From Lachnospiraceae bacterium (lineage in GTDB: Bacteria; Bacillota; Clostridia; Lachnospirales; Lachnospiraceae): a DNA stretch of 64,000 nucleotides. This document shows, piece after piece, positions 44,252 through 53,714 of this stretch. The first letter of the stretch is position 1; each line of letters begins with the position of its first letter. The notes below the pieces were generated by a model. The model was given only the letters and a program-made list of their open reading frames with translations, did not search any database and had not been told where the DNA came from. The stretch is from the NCBI GenBank assembly GCA_015056925.1, contig SVFJ01000006.1, positions 3,253 through 67,252 of the forward strand, read 5' to 3'. The position numbers were made by a program, and so were the translations under genes.

Positions 44252-46342
44252 ATGAACATTTATACAACAGACAAGATTAGAAATGTAGTTTTATTAGGCC
44301 ATGGCGGGGCCGGCAAGACCAGCCTTGTAGAGTCTATGGCGTATCTGGCTGGTATCACCTCAAGAATGGGGAAGGTAGAGGACGGAAACACAGTTAGCGA
44401 TTTTGGTAAAGAGGAACAGAAGAGACAGATTTCTATCAGTACATCGGTTGTGCCAATCGAGTGGGAAGGTGTCAAGATTAATGTACTGGATACACCGGGA
44501 TATTTTGATTTTATCGGTGAGGTAGAGGAAGCAATCAGTGCGGCAGATGCAGCGATTATCGTTGTATCAGGCAAAGCGGGCGTTGAAGCAGGAACAGAGA
44601 GAGCATGGGAGCTTTGCGAGAAGTATAAGCTGCCAAGAATGATTTATGTTACAGGCATGGACGTGGATAATGCGTCATTTAAGAATGTTGTAGAGAAACT
44701 GACAGAAATGTACGGCAAGAAGATTGCACCATTCCATTTCCCAATCCGTGAGGATGAGAAGTTTGTAGGTTATATTAATGTTGTAAGTGAGAATGCAAAC
44801 AGATGGAAGGGTAAGGAAGTAGTTGACTGCGAAATCCCTGATTACAGTAAGGATAATCTTGAGTTATATAAGAGTACGTTAATGGAAGCAGTTGCGGAGA
44901 CCAGTGAGGAGTTTATGGACCGTTATTTTGCGGGCGAGACCTTCTCTGAGAATGAGATTCGTGCTGCATTAAGAACAAATGTAATTGACGGAACAATTGT
45001 TCCAATCAGTATGGGTTCTAATATTTTATGTCAGGGTACATACACCTTATTGGACGATATTGTAAAGTATTTGCCAAGTCCTGAGAATAAGGAGCTTGCC
45101 GGTATTAATATGAAGACAAATGAAATCTTCCAGGCAAATTATGATTTCTCTAAGGTGAAGTCAGCATATGTATTTAAGACAATCGTTGACCCATTTATTG
45201 GTAAGTATTCATTGATTAAGGTCTGCTCAGGTGTATTTAAGGCAGATGATGTGATTTACAACAAGGATAAGGACATCGAAGAAAAGGTAAGTAAGCTCTA
45301 TGTATTACAGGGCAGCAAGCCGATTGAAGTGTCAGAGCTTCACGCAGGTGATATTGGTGCTATTGCAAAGCTGACAGCAGCCAGAACAGGCAATACCTTA
45401 TCTACCAAGGCAAATGTCATTGAGTACGGTAAGTTTGAGATTTCTAAGCCGTATACAGCAATGAGATATAAGGTAAAGAATAAGGCTGATATTGATAAGG
45501 TAGCACAGGCATTACAGAAGCTGACTCATGAGGACCAGACCTTAAAGGTGGTAAATGACACAGAGAACAGACAGACTTTACTTTACGGTATTGGCGAACA
45601 GCAGCTTGAAATTATTACCAGCAGACTGGTGAATGAGTATAAGTGTGAGATTGAGCTTAGTAAGCCAAAGATTGCATTTAGAGAGACAATTAAGAAGAAG
45701 TCAGACGTTGAGTATAAGTATAAGAAGCAGTCCGGCGGACATGGTCAGTATGGTCATGTAAAGATGCGCTTCGAGCCTTCAGGAGATATGGAGCAGGCAT
45801 ATGTATTCGAGCAGGAGGTAGTTGGTGGTGCAGTACCAAAGAATTACTTCCCGGCAGTTGAAAAGGGATTACAGGAATCTGTTATTAAGGGACCTCTAGC
45901 AGCATACCCTGTAGTAGGTGTGAAGGCTGTTCTTTATGATGGTTCTTATCATGCAGTAGACTCTTCGGAAATGGCATTCAAGATGGCAACCATTCAAGCA
46001 TTTAAGAAGGGCGTTATGGAGGCAGGACCAATCCTTTTAGAGCCTATTATGAGCTTAAAGGTAACCGTACCGGACAGCTATACAGGCGATATTATGGGAG
46101 ACCTTAATAAGCGTCGCGGTCGTGTGCTTGGTATGAATCCTATCGGAAATGGTAAGCAGGTTATCGAAGCAGATATTCCGATGATGGAGTTAACAGGCTA
46201 CTGTACAGTACTTCGTTCCATGACAGGAGGACGCGGTGATTATTCATATGAGTTTGCAAGATATGAGCAGGCACCAAGCGATATTCAGGAGGCAGAAGTA
46301 ACAGCCAGAGCTAGTAAGGTAGCTGAGAACAATGAGGAATAA
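44252..46342 (+). CDS. Elongation factor G paralog (EF-G2-like translational GTPase)
   Basis: All five EF-G domains by length (696 aa). G1 is GHGGAGKTS rather than the AHIDAGKTT of canonical EF-G. DTPGYFDF is present. It is monocistronic and not in a str operon. Confidence 0.8.
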   Translation: MNIYTTDKIRNVVLLGHGGAGKTSLVESMAYLAGITSRMGKVEDGNTVSDFGKEEQKRQISISTSVVPIEWEGVKINVLDTPGYFDFIGEVEEAISAADAAIIVVSGKAGVEAGTERAWELCEKYKLPRMIYVTGMDVDNASFKNVVEKLTEMYGKKIAPFHFPIREDEKFVGYINVVSENANRWKGKEVVDCEIPDYSKDNLELYKSTLMEAVAETSEEFMDRYFAGETFSENEIRAALRTNVIDGTIVPISMGSNILCQGTYTLLDDIVKYLPSPENKELAGINMKTNEIFQANYDFSKVKSAYVFKTIVDPFIGKYSLIKVCSGVFKADDVIYNKDKDIEEKVSKLYVLQGSKPIEVSELHAGDIGAIAKLTAARTGNTLSTKANVIEYGKFEISKPYTAMRYKVKNKADIDKVAQALQKLTHEDQTLKVVNDTENRQTLLYGIGEQQLEIITSRLVNEYKCEIELSKPKIAFRETIKKKSDVEYKYKKQSGGHGQYGHVKMRFEPSGDMEQAYVFEQEVVGGAVPKNYFPAVEKGLQESVIKGPLAAYPVVGVKAVLYDGSYHAVDSSEMAFKMATIQAFKKGVMEAGPILLEPIMSLKVTVPDSYTGDIMGDLNKRRGRVLGMNPIGNGKQVIEADIPMMELTGYCTVLRSMTGGRGDYSYEFARYEQAPSDIQEAEVTARASKVAENNEE

Positions 46343-46384
46343 ATCCATATATTATATAGGATAAAATATTATAAAGTCTTAGAG

Positions 46385-46436
46385 AATAGTATCTATTGCA
46401 AGAAATAATCTGAAAATAGATACTATTTTCTTGTTT
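46385..46436 (+). terminator. Rho-independent terminator
   Basis: Perfect 13-bp arms aatagtatctatt (46385-46397) / aatagatactatt (46415-46427) followed by a T-rich tail. Confidence 0.7.
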
Positions 46437-46504
46437 AAGCGAAAAATATTTGATATACTATACACAAGTAGGAAAAATAGAAAAGAAAGGCATGGTTATA
46501 AAAT

Positions 46505-48004
46505 ATGGATAAGAAATCAAAAGTAAAGCTTGATTTATCAGACCCAAAGTTAGCGATGCAGAGTATGAATAAAGCGGCACTTATAGGTATTATCATTATG
46601 AGTGTAGTAATCGCATTTGCGTATGTGCTGGAGGTAGTAAAGGGAGCACGTTCAATAGGTTCCTATTTAGTCATTGCATTCTTCTGTGTGGCACCTTGGG
46701 CTATCTCACTTGTGATTTATCATCGCAGAAAGGATAGTAAATCAATTGGATATATATGTGCAATCGGTTTTGCACTGTTATATACATATCTGATGATTAC
46801 CGCGGCAACAGATATGACATTTTGTTATGTGATTGTTGTATTTGTTATTTTGATTATTTATCTGAATCTTAAGATGCTTGTGTCGTTGGGCGTGTACGCA
46901 ATTTTGGTTAATCTTGTAGAAATGGGATTGAAAATGGCAGATGGCACATGGGATGCACAGGCATTGACCAATTTTGAAATTATTTTAGCGTGTTTGATAT
47001 TGACTTGTGTGTTCACTGTCCTTTCGTTGTCTAAGATACAGCAGATTAATGATGCGAACATTGAGAAGGCTGCAAAGGAAAAGGAGCAGTCGGATGAACT
47101 TCTTGCAACAACATTAAATGTAGCAGAGTCTATGACGGGCAATATCGAGACAGCAGTCGAGGAAACAGAAGGTTTAAAGACCGCAATTGATATGACGCAG
47201 CATGCGATGCAGGAGCTGAACAATAACACAAGTGATGAAGTGCAGGCAATAGAGGCACAGAAGCATAGTACAGATAGAATCAACCGCTATATTAACAGTG
47301 TGGATGAAGTTGTGCAGTCGATTGTAAGTGAAGTGAATACAGCAGAAGAGAATCTGACCGCAGGTAATGAGGTTATGAAGGAGCTGCTCCAGCAGGTGCA
47401 GATTTCAGAGGAGTCAGGAACCCTTGTTGCAGATAAGGTACAGGGCTTGAAGGAATATGCGGATAAGATGCAGGATATCATGGCATTGATTAGTAATGTG
47501 GCAGAGCAGACAGGATTACTTGCTTTGAATGCAAGTATTGAAGCGGCAAGAGCCGGTGAGGCAGGAAAAGGCTTTGCGGTTGTTGCAACAGAGATTTCCA
47601 ATCTTTCGGCACAGACAAATTCTGCTACAGGAGACATTGATGTCTTGATTGAGAACATTGTGCAGTCAGTAGGAGAGGTTACAACCGCTATGGAAAAGCT
47701 TTTGGAAAGTAGCCATATGCAGAATGGATATGTGGATAAAACTGCTGAGAATCTCAAACAGATTCATGCCAATACACAGGAAATTATTGCGCAGGTATCT
47801 CAGCTTCGTAAGACAGTAGATGTGGTTACTTCAGAGAATAAGCAGGTTGAGGAAGGTATTGAGAATATTTCACAGGTAACACAGAAGGTAATGGATGAAG
47901 CGAATGGAACATTAGAAAGCTGCAATACAAATTTAGAAAGCATTGCAAAGGTTGCGGAACTGATGGAAGCGTTGCGTGAGGATGCACAGAAGTTAAGAAA
48001 ATAA
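46505..48004 (+). CDS. Methyl-accepting chemotaxis protein
   Basis: Multi-TM N-terminus. Signalling hairpin [38 protein letters not shown]. Confidence 0.85.
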   Translation: MDKKSKVKLDLSDPKLAMQSMNKAALIGIIIMSVVIAFAYVLEVVKGARSIGSYLVIAFFCVAPWAISLVIYHRRKDSKSIGYICAIGFALLYTYLMITAATDMTFCYVIVVFVILIIYLNLKMLVSLGVYAILVNLVEMGLKMADGTWDAQALTNFEIILACLILTCVFTVLSLSKIQQINDANIEKAAKEKEQSDELLATTLNVAESMTGNIETAVEETEGLKTAIDMTQHAMQELNNNTSDEVQAIEAQKHSTDRINRYINSVDEVVQSIVSEVNTAEENLTAGNEVMKELLQQVQISEESGTLVADKVQGLKEYADKMQDIMALISNVAEQTGLLALNASIEAARAGEAGKGFAVVATEISNLSAQTNSATGDIDVLIENIVQSVGEVTTAMEKLLESSHMQNGYVDKTAENLKQIHANTQEIIAQVSQLRKTVDVVTSENKQVEEGIENISQVTQKVMDEANGTLESCNTNLESIAKVAELMEALREDAQKLRK

Positions 48005-48016
48005 TGGAAATGTAGA

Positions 48017-48058
48017 AAGACTTTCACTGTTTGGAATAAAACTGTGAAAGTCTTTTTT
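48017..48058 (+). terminator. Rho-independent terminator
   Basis: aaagactttcac (48017-48028) / gtgaaagtcttt (48044-48055) followed by a T-run. Confidence 0.7.
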
Positions 48059-48146
48059 GGGGCAGAGGAATTTGGTTGCAATCAAAAAAACGCTATGATA
48101 GTATAATTCTGGATTACGAATAGAAGAATACAAGTGAGGAATTGTT

Positions 48147-48875
48147 ATGTTACAACCATTGAATCATAGAGAAACAGAATATAAGATAAAGAAGCTCTGG
48201 CAGGAGCAGGGGAGAGAAGAGCGTACGTTATGTGATATGCTTTGTAAGGACTGGGAAGAGTCTGACCGTGCCCTTTTGTATCAGCTTTTGGACTGGTTGG
48301 ATGAGACGGGTGACTTGGTCTATGAAGAGGATTTGCTTCTGGATTATGGAACGGATTGCCTGCGGCTGTATCTGATGTTTGAAAAGACACCAAAGCCCCA
48401 TGATACATGGCTGGAGACATGGACGGAGTGTGGTTTGGAGGGCATGTACAAGTTCCTTGGCAGATACCGCAGAATGATACTTGTGGCAGATTACTGGAAT
48501 CGTCTTGGCGGCTATGCGGATATGGATACTTCTAAGCTGGAGGAGGCATTTAGAAAGGCAGGACAGGAGTTTTTGAAGTTCCTAAGACGTGGTAACGATA
48601 TGCCTAACCGTCATAATATCGTAGCTTTGATGATGGAGCTTATGAAAGTAATGACTAAGGAATTGGGAGTCAGTGATTTGATTACCAGACTTCATAAGGA
48701 AGAGATTGCCCATGCCATACCTCATGCAGAGCAGGCACGGGAAACAGAGGAAACGACTGAGAGCATTTCAAAGGAGAACACGACGATAACAGCTCTTTGT
48801 AAGACCTATATTTTGTATATGTCCGTGTTAACCCCGTATCTTTCCGGAGACTTATGGAATCGCATAGAGAATTAA
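48147..48875 (+). CDS. LeuRS-derived protein lacking the catalytic core (N-terminal tag plus post-KMSKS/anticodon-binding region only)
   Basis: RBS GAGGA sits 6 nt before ATG 48147. NHRETEYKIKKLWQEQG resembles the LeuRS N-terminus (HKEIEKKWQ..W). YGTDCLRLYLMF...W.E.GLEGMYKFLGRYRRMI resembles HGADTLRLYEMF...W.E.GLDGARRFLDRVWR. NRHNIVALMMELMKVM resembles FNTAIAAIMELMNKL. There is no HIGH, KMSKS or CP1 region. Confidence 0.6.
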   Translation: MLQPLNHRETEYKIKKLWQEQGREERTLCDMLCKDWEESDRALLYQLLDWLDETGDLVYEEDLLLDYGTDCLRLYLMFEKTPKPHDTWLETWTECGLEGMYKFLGRYRRMILVADYWNRLGGYADMDTSKLEEAFRKAGQEFLKFLRRGNDMPNRHNIVALMMELMKVMTKELGVSDLITRLHKEEIAHAIPHAEQARETEETTESISKENTTITALCKTYILYMSVLTPYLSGDLWNRIEN

Positions 48876-49065
48876 TCATAAAGCATCTGTATAAGTAACA
48901 GCTTATATGGGTGCTTTTTATTTTGTAAAGATTTAAAAATAAATAAGTTGACAATAAAAAACAACAAAAAAAGAAAAAAGTCTATACAATTGTCAGAAAA
49001 TAAGATATAATGTACTTGATATCTAGGTAACATAATAACATTACAGAATATTGAATGGGTGTAGT

Positions 49066-50214
49066 ATGGGAAAGACAACTTTTGAGAAGCGGCTGAATAT
49101 GTATGACGATACAGATAAGGCAAGCGTTCAGACGGATTTGAGGAAAATTGAAATTCTCATGAAGGGGAATCGGGAGCTGTCAAAGCAGCTTGCAAAGGAA
49201 ATTTATTTCAGAATTAAATATGAAGAGATACGCTTTTATTCTCTTGCCGGAATGGATTTTCTGGATAAGCTGACGGATATTTTATCTGATGGCGAAATTC
49301 GTGAGGTGTGCAGGCAGGTAGAGCAGATGCGCATGAAGACTAAGAATAAGAGAAATATGCATAAGCTGAACAAGGGAATGGCAGTTGCGATGTTTGCCTT
49401 GATTTTTCTTGTCTGTTTTGCGTATTTGAACTGGAATCTGATTCTTGATTATAGGACAAATTATGAGGCAAAGGCTTTGCTTGCAATGATAGAAGAGGAT
49501 GAGCAGGAGCAGGAGGCTTCATATGGGATGTCACTATTGGCGCAAGGCAATCTTGCATGGCAGAATGGTACGGCAAAGGCGATAGAAGAGCAGGAAGTGC
49601 CTTTGGCAAACGGGATAAAGATTGATGAGTCACGGATTCTTGGAAAATTCAGGTCATTATATTATAAAAACACGGATTTCAGAGGGTGGCTGACAATTGA
49701 CGGAACAAAGATTGACTATCCTGTGATGTCCCGCGAAGAAGATAATGATTATTATCTGGATAAGAATTTTGAGCATAAGGAAGATAAGAATGGTCTTTTG
49801 ATTTTGGATTATCGGTGCAATATAGGTGGTAAAAATCAAAATATGATTATATACGGACATAACATGAGAACCGGCGTTATGTTCGGTACATTGAAAAAGT
49901 ACAAGGATAAAGCATTCTGTGAGAAAAATCCGACGATTCAGTTTGATACAATTTATGAAAATGCAGAGTATGAGATTGTAGCAGCAATGCTTTCGGAGGT
50001 AGCGTATGCTGATGAGGATGTGTTCCGATATTATGATGCTATTGATATGAGTACACAGGAGGATTTTGATGCGTTTTGGAGTAATATTTCCGAGAATGCA
50101 TTGTATGTGCGGCAGGAGCTGTCGTACGGAGATGCCTGCTTGATTCTGTCTACTTGTGATAATTACAAGGAGGATGGACGATTTGTTGTAATCGCTAAGA
50201 AGGTACAGGAGTAG
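49066..50214 (+). CDS. srtB: Class B sortase with a long N-terminal cytoplasmic extension
   Basis: FRGWLTIDGTKIDYPVM, IIYGHNM (His), LILSTCDNY (Cys), GRFVVIAKKV (Arg). About 110 aa precede the single TM segment. ATG 49066 is preferred to the TTG at 49051. Confidence 0.8.
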   Translation: MGKTTFEKRLNMYDDTDKASVQTDLRKIEILMKGNRELSKQLAKEIYFRIKYEEIRFYSLAGMDFLDKLTDILSDGEIREVCRQVEQMRMKTKNKRNMHKLNKGMAVAMFALIFLVCFAYLNWNLILDYRTNYEAKALLAMIEEDEQEQEASYGMSLLAQGNLAWQNGTAKAIEEQEVPLANGIKIDESRILGKFRSLYYKNTDFRGWLTIDGTKIDYPVMSREEDNDYYLDKNFEHKEDKNGLLILDYRCNIGGKNQNMIIYGHNMRTGVMFGTLKKYKDKAFCEKNPTIQFDTIYENAEYEIVAAMLSEVAYADEDVFRYYDAIDMSTQEDFDAFWSNISENALYVRQELSYGDACLILSTCDNYKEDGRFVVIAKKVQE

Positions 50215-50261
50215 TAGAAGGATATACAAGAACATTTAAGGAAGGCTAAGAGGGGATTTGT

Positions 50262-52649
50262 ATGTATCGAAGATTGAAAAATTTATTGGGAGTCAGCTTG
50301 ATTTTACTGTCATTACTGGTGTCCCAGATACCGATGCCGGAGGTTGTGGCAGATGAACCGGTTGCAGGGGCAGATGAGCCTGTGGTGACAGCAGAGATGA
50401 TTTCGGAGGATGTAGATGAAGTGACGAATGATGAAACGGCTCATGTTGATTCAGTTACTGATGAGAATGCAGGCGTTGCAGTGATTGATGACACAGGCAG
50501 CACTACTACAGACACAACAAACGGAACAGACACATCGACGGGAACGACAACGGACACGACTATATTGGCTACGCCGACTTCAGTAACGGTAACCTTTGAT
50601 TATCGTGCGGATGGAATTACGAATGATACTCTTACGGTAGATGTTAGTGATGGCATAGCAAAAACCATTACAGCACCAACGAAATATGTGATAGACCAGC
50701 AGGAAACCTTTGGTAATGTGGCAATGATTTTCAAGGGTTGGTTTAAGGACCCTGATAATGGTGAAGCGTGGGATTTTTCTACAATGACGGTTTTAAGTCA
50801 GGATATTACACTGTATGCCCAGTGGGTTAGAAATGATGATGCAGTTGCAAGAATTACCTATTCGGCAACAGAGGCTGATTTAAATGCTGAGAAATATGCT
50901 GATGTGAAGCTTGGTGAGTGTATTCCTAAGCCAAAAGATATTCCGGTGAGGGATGGTTATGAGGTAGATTATTGGGTAATCGAGGGACAGACAACAGAGG
51001 TAAACTGGGAACAGGCAGTTACAGGAAACCTTACATTGGTAGCTGTGTGGAAGGCAAAGACCTATACATTAACCTTGGATTTAAATGGCGCAAAGCTGGC
51101 GCAGGACTTTACCTATAATACGGTGACCTACCCGCAGGATTCGGAGAAGCTGGAGATTGCTATCGGATATGGAATTGTTTTTGGGGATATATCGTTTACA
51201 AGTGATTATGTAGTATATCATGGTGAAACCTTAGATGATAAATGGTATATGGATTCCTATGCTTTGGCTGAGTATAACCAGACAGCGCAAATCAAAAAGA
51301 GCACGACTCTTTATAAACGTGTGGTTGATAAGGAAACAAAGGATAGTACCGGATTTGAAATGAATATTGATGGAACAGTATTGTATCATTATGAGCATTT
51401 GGATGGAGCTTCCGACGATGTAGTCATTCCGGCAACAGTTAAAGTGATTGGAGTTGGCGCATTTGATGATTTGAATGGCATCAGGAGTGTGACTCTGCCT
51501 GCTGGAATTGAAGATATCAGAGCAGGCGCATTTAGCGGAGCAGAAAGTCTTGTAAATACGATGACTGTGTATGCATCAGGAACAACAGAATCAATGAGTA
51601 AGGGTATGGAGCTGGCAAAGCAGTATGAATATATAGAATATCAGGAATCCTCAACAACTGAGGCAACAACAGCCAAGCTGGATGCGGTAAATTGTGGTTT
51701 GTATGAAAGTAATTCAGCGACAGGAGAAGGATTATATCCGACGTATGTAAGCTTCCTGTTACCGGTAGGCATTGAGAAAGGTTCTTATTCTGTTTCGATA
51801 GAGCCAAATGATTCCCCGATTAAGCTTGATGATTTGCTTGCAGCTATCGGTATTACAGATACAAAGAGACTCTATCATATGGAGATTAATCTGCAAAAGG
51901 ATGGAAAGGCATACAGCAATTACAATAAGGACAGAACCTTTACGGTTATTCTTCCGATGCCGCAAAACTGGCAGGGGATTGATTTGGAAGGAAATACAAC
52001 GGTATATACCGTATCTCAGGATAGAACAAAGCTAGAGACATTGGCAGCTGCCATTGTGGTGAAGGATGGTATCAAATGTGTGAAATTTGAACCATATCAT
52101 TTCTCTGAGTTTGCGGTGTATTACGGAGGAACGATGGAAATACCGGATTCGAATGCAGGAAGCGGTGGAGGAAATACAGGAACAGGAGGAAATACAGGCT
52201 CAAACACAGGTAACGGCAATACCAATAGCGGCGGTACGTCATCAGGCGGTTCTACATCAGGTGGTACGTCATCGGGTGGCTCCAATAGCGGAAACTCTAA
52301 TTCAAACAATAATAATTCCGGTAGCGGAAATTCGGGAAGCAGTAGCACCGGCAATAACGCAGGAAGTTCTAACCAGGGAAATGGTGGAGGTTCGGGAAGT
52401 GTGACCCAGGCAGCGCCGGGAAGCAGTACAGCGACAACACCCGGTGTGGGAACAACAATGAATCCGGGGACTGCCGGTCAGGGACAGGGAGCAGGTCACA
52501 TAAAGGACGCTACTCCAAAGACCGGTGACCCATTAGAATACCGTACAATGGCAGTATGCATTTTGTTCTCGGTTGGTGTGATTATTCTGCTTATTGGAAA
52601 TGAAAAAAAGGAGAGAGTTTCTCGAGCTTCTCGAGTTCTTCGGGGGTAG
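50262..52649 (+). CDS. Sortase-anchored surface protein with Listeria-Bacteroides repeats, a BspA-type LRR segment and a G/S/N/T-rich stalk
   Basis: Signal peptide. FKGWFKDPDNGEAWDF...LYAQW type repeats. Low-complexity region at about 52140-52480. C-terminal sorting signal TPKTG (52512-52526), then a hydrophobic segment and a basic tail. Confidence 0.8.
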   Translation: MYRRLKNLLGVSLILLSLLVSQIPMPEVVADEPVAGADEPVVTAEMISEDVDEVTNDETAHVDSVTDENAGVAVIDDTGSTTTDTTNGTDTSTGTTTDTTILATPTSVTVTFDYRADGITNDTLTVDVSDGIAKTITAPTKYVIDQQETFGNVAMIFKGWFKDPDNGEAWDFSTMTVLSQDITLYAQWVRNDDAVARITYSATEADLNAEKYADVKLGECIPKPKDIPVRDGYEVDYWVIEGQTTEVNWEQAVTGNLTLVAVWKAKTYTLTLDLNGAKLAQDFTYNTVTYPQDSEKLEIAIGYGIVFGDISFTSDYVVYHGETLDDKWYMDSYALAEYNQTAQIKKSTTLYKRVVDKETKDSTGFEMNIDGTVLYHYEHLDGASDDVVIPATVKVIGVGAFDDLNGIRSVTLPAGIEDIRAGAFSGAESLVNTMTVYASGTTESMSKGMELAKQYEYIEYQESSTTEATTAKLDAVNCGLYESNSATGEGLYPTYVSFLLPVGIEKGSYSVSIEPNDSPIKLDDLLAAIGITDTKRLYHMEINLQKDGKAYSNYNKDRTFTVILPMPQNWQGIDLEGNTTVYTVSQDRTKLETLAAAIVVKDGIKCVKFEPYHFSEFAVYYGGTMEIPDSNAGSGGGNTGTGGNTGSNTGNGNTNSGGTSSGGSTSGGTSSGGSNSGNSNSNNNNSGSGNSGSSSTGNNAGSSNQGNGGGSGSVTQAAPGSSTATTPGVGTTMNPGTAGQGQGAGHIKDATPKTGDPLEYRTMAVCILFSVGVIILLIGNEKKERVSRASRVLRG

Positions 52650-52863
52650 CATATTTTTTTGCTACCGAAATGATTAATTGAATTTCATCTTTATCAAAAG
52701 AGATGTTGCTGCTTTTACTTTGCTTCACAAAGGAGAGTAAGAATGGCAGCATTTCTTTTTGATTTAGGGAAGAACCCTGTGAAATTAAAGTGCCAAGAAA
52801 CATTAATTTGCTTTTATCAATATTGGCAAGTGCCGGGTCATTCATCCATTGGTTGTTATTCAT
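52591..52863 (-). CDS. Hypothetical protein (90 aa), third gene of a small antisense cassette
   Basis: Intact ORF 25 bp downstream of the 149-aa ORF. No family recognised. Its 3' end overlaps the convergent surface-protein gene by 59 bp. Confidence 0.45.
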   Translation of the reverse strand: MNNNQWMNDPALANIDKSKLMFLGTLISQGSSLNQKEMLPFLLSFVKQSKSSNISFDKDEIQLIISVAKKYATPEELEKLEKLSPFFHFQ

Positions 52864-52887
52864 ATATCCTCACATTCTGCCCGTAGG

Positions 52888-53337
52888 CTATAGATTTAGA
52901 TTGCTAAGCATGCTCATAATGTCAAAGGAAGATGAAGTATCATCCTCCGGAGAAAGAGCCTTCATTAGCTCCATCATTTGTTGCATTTCCTGAAAGCTTG
53001 CAAAGGTCTGCATCATATTACGAATGCTTTGAAGCTTTTGGTCTTCCTCAGGAGTGAGATAGCAGTGCACCTTCTGGTAGATATCTTCCAAAACAGAAGG
53101 GGTAATTTTATCCAATGAGGTTATGGGAGTACATTGGCAGGCTGACGGAAAAGTCATCAGTTTTTTATGGTTCATTAGTGTGATGGTATGTTTTAATTCC
53201 AAATATTTGACGAAGACGGGAAGCATCGATGCCAGTTCGGGTCCCAGATAGGGCTGTAGGGACTTTAATATTTGGATATGATTCGTTGTATAGAAATGGT
53301 CAAATGCCATGACGAAATCAGAATCCGTATGATTCAT
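52888..53337 (-). CDS. Hypothetical protein (149 aa)
   Basis: Intact ORF downstream of the Cys/Asn-rich gene on the same strand. The RBS is plausible (GGAGG 6 nt upstream of the ATG; ccgaaacggaggcagc on the minus strand). No family recognised. Confidence 0.5.
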   Translation of the reverse strand: MNHTDSDFVMAFDHFYTTNHIQILKSLQPYLGPELASMLPVFVKYLELKHTITLMNHKKLMTFPSACQCTPITSLDKITPSVLEDIYQKVHCYLTPEEDQKLQSIRNMMQTFASFQEMQQMMELMKALSPEDDTSSSFDIMSMLSNLNL

Positions 53338-53444
53338 GCTGCCTCCGTTTCGGTTTGTTAGTGTATTCTATGAGAATTTTCCTTAGAATATGAATACAAG
53401 TGTCAAAGGGCTCCTCACGGAGCCCTTTTGGTGGATGTGTCGGC

Positions 53445-53714
53445 TTAGCAGTAACCGTTATTGTTATTGCAGCAGCAGAAAAGGAGGATAATCCAAATCC
53501 AGCTGCAGCCATTTCCTGAAAGACAAGAATTGCTGCAATCATTGTTGCAGTCACAGCCACAGTTGTTGTTGTTGAAGAGATTGCATACATTTGTGTTGTT
53601 GTTGCAAAGGAAGAAAAGGATAATAATCCAAATCCAGTTGCATCCGTTGTTGTTATTGTTTCCACATCTGTTTTCTGTTGTACAGCCGCAATGGCTTGCT
53701 GTTAATTCGCTCAT
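53445..53714 (-). CDS. Cys/Asn-rich small membrane protein with two tiny-TM segments (YjcZ-like tiny TM sporulation-protein flavour)
   Basis: RBS GGGAGA lies 8 nt before ATG 53714. The 89-aa product has 16 Cys and more than 20 Asn. It is internally duplicated around GCNWIWIIILFFLC / GCSWIWIILLFCCC. The two other overlapping track ORFs lack RBSs. Confidence 0.6.
   Translation of the reverse strand: MSELTASHCGCTTENRCGNNNNNGCNWIWIIILFFLCNNNTNVCNLFNNNNCGCDCNNDCSNSCLSGNGCSWIWIILLFCCCNNNNGYC

Noticed and set aside
44252-46342. Tet(M)/Tet(O)-type ribosomal protection protein
   Set aside because: The length (696 aa) and domain IV region fit EF-G rather than the roughly 640-aa RPPs. The G1 motif is EF-G2-like, and there is no mobile-element context.
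46858-47757. 141-aa and 156-aa minus-strand ORFs
   Set aside because: They are antisense shadows within the MCP gene, a common artefact of Ala/Ser/Thr-rich coiled-coil coding sequence.
52087-52499. Several overlapping 65-105-aa ORFs on both strands
   Set aside because: They are generated by the G/S/N/T-rich low-complexity stalk of the surface protein. There is no independent start signal.
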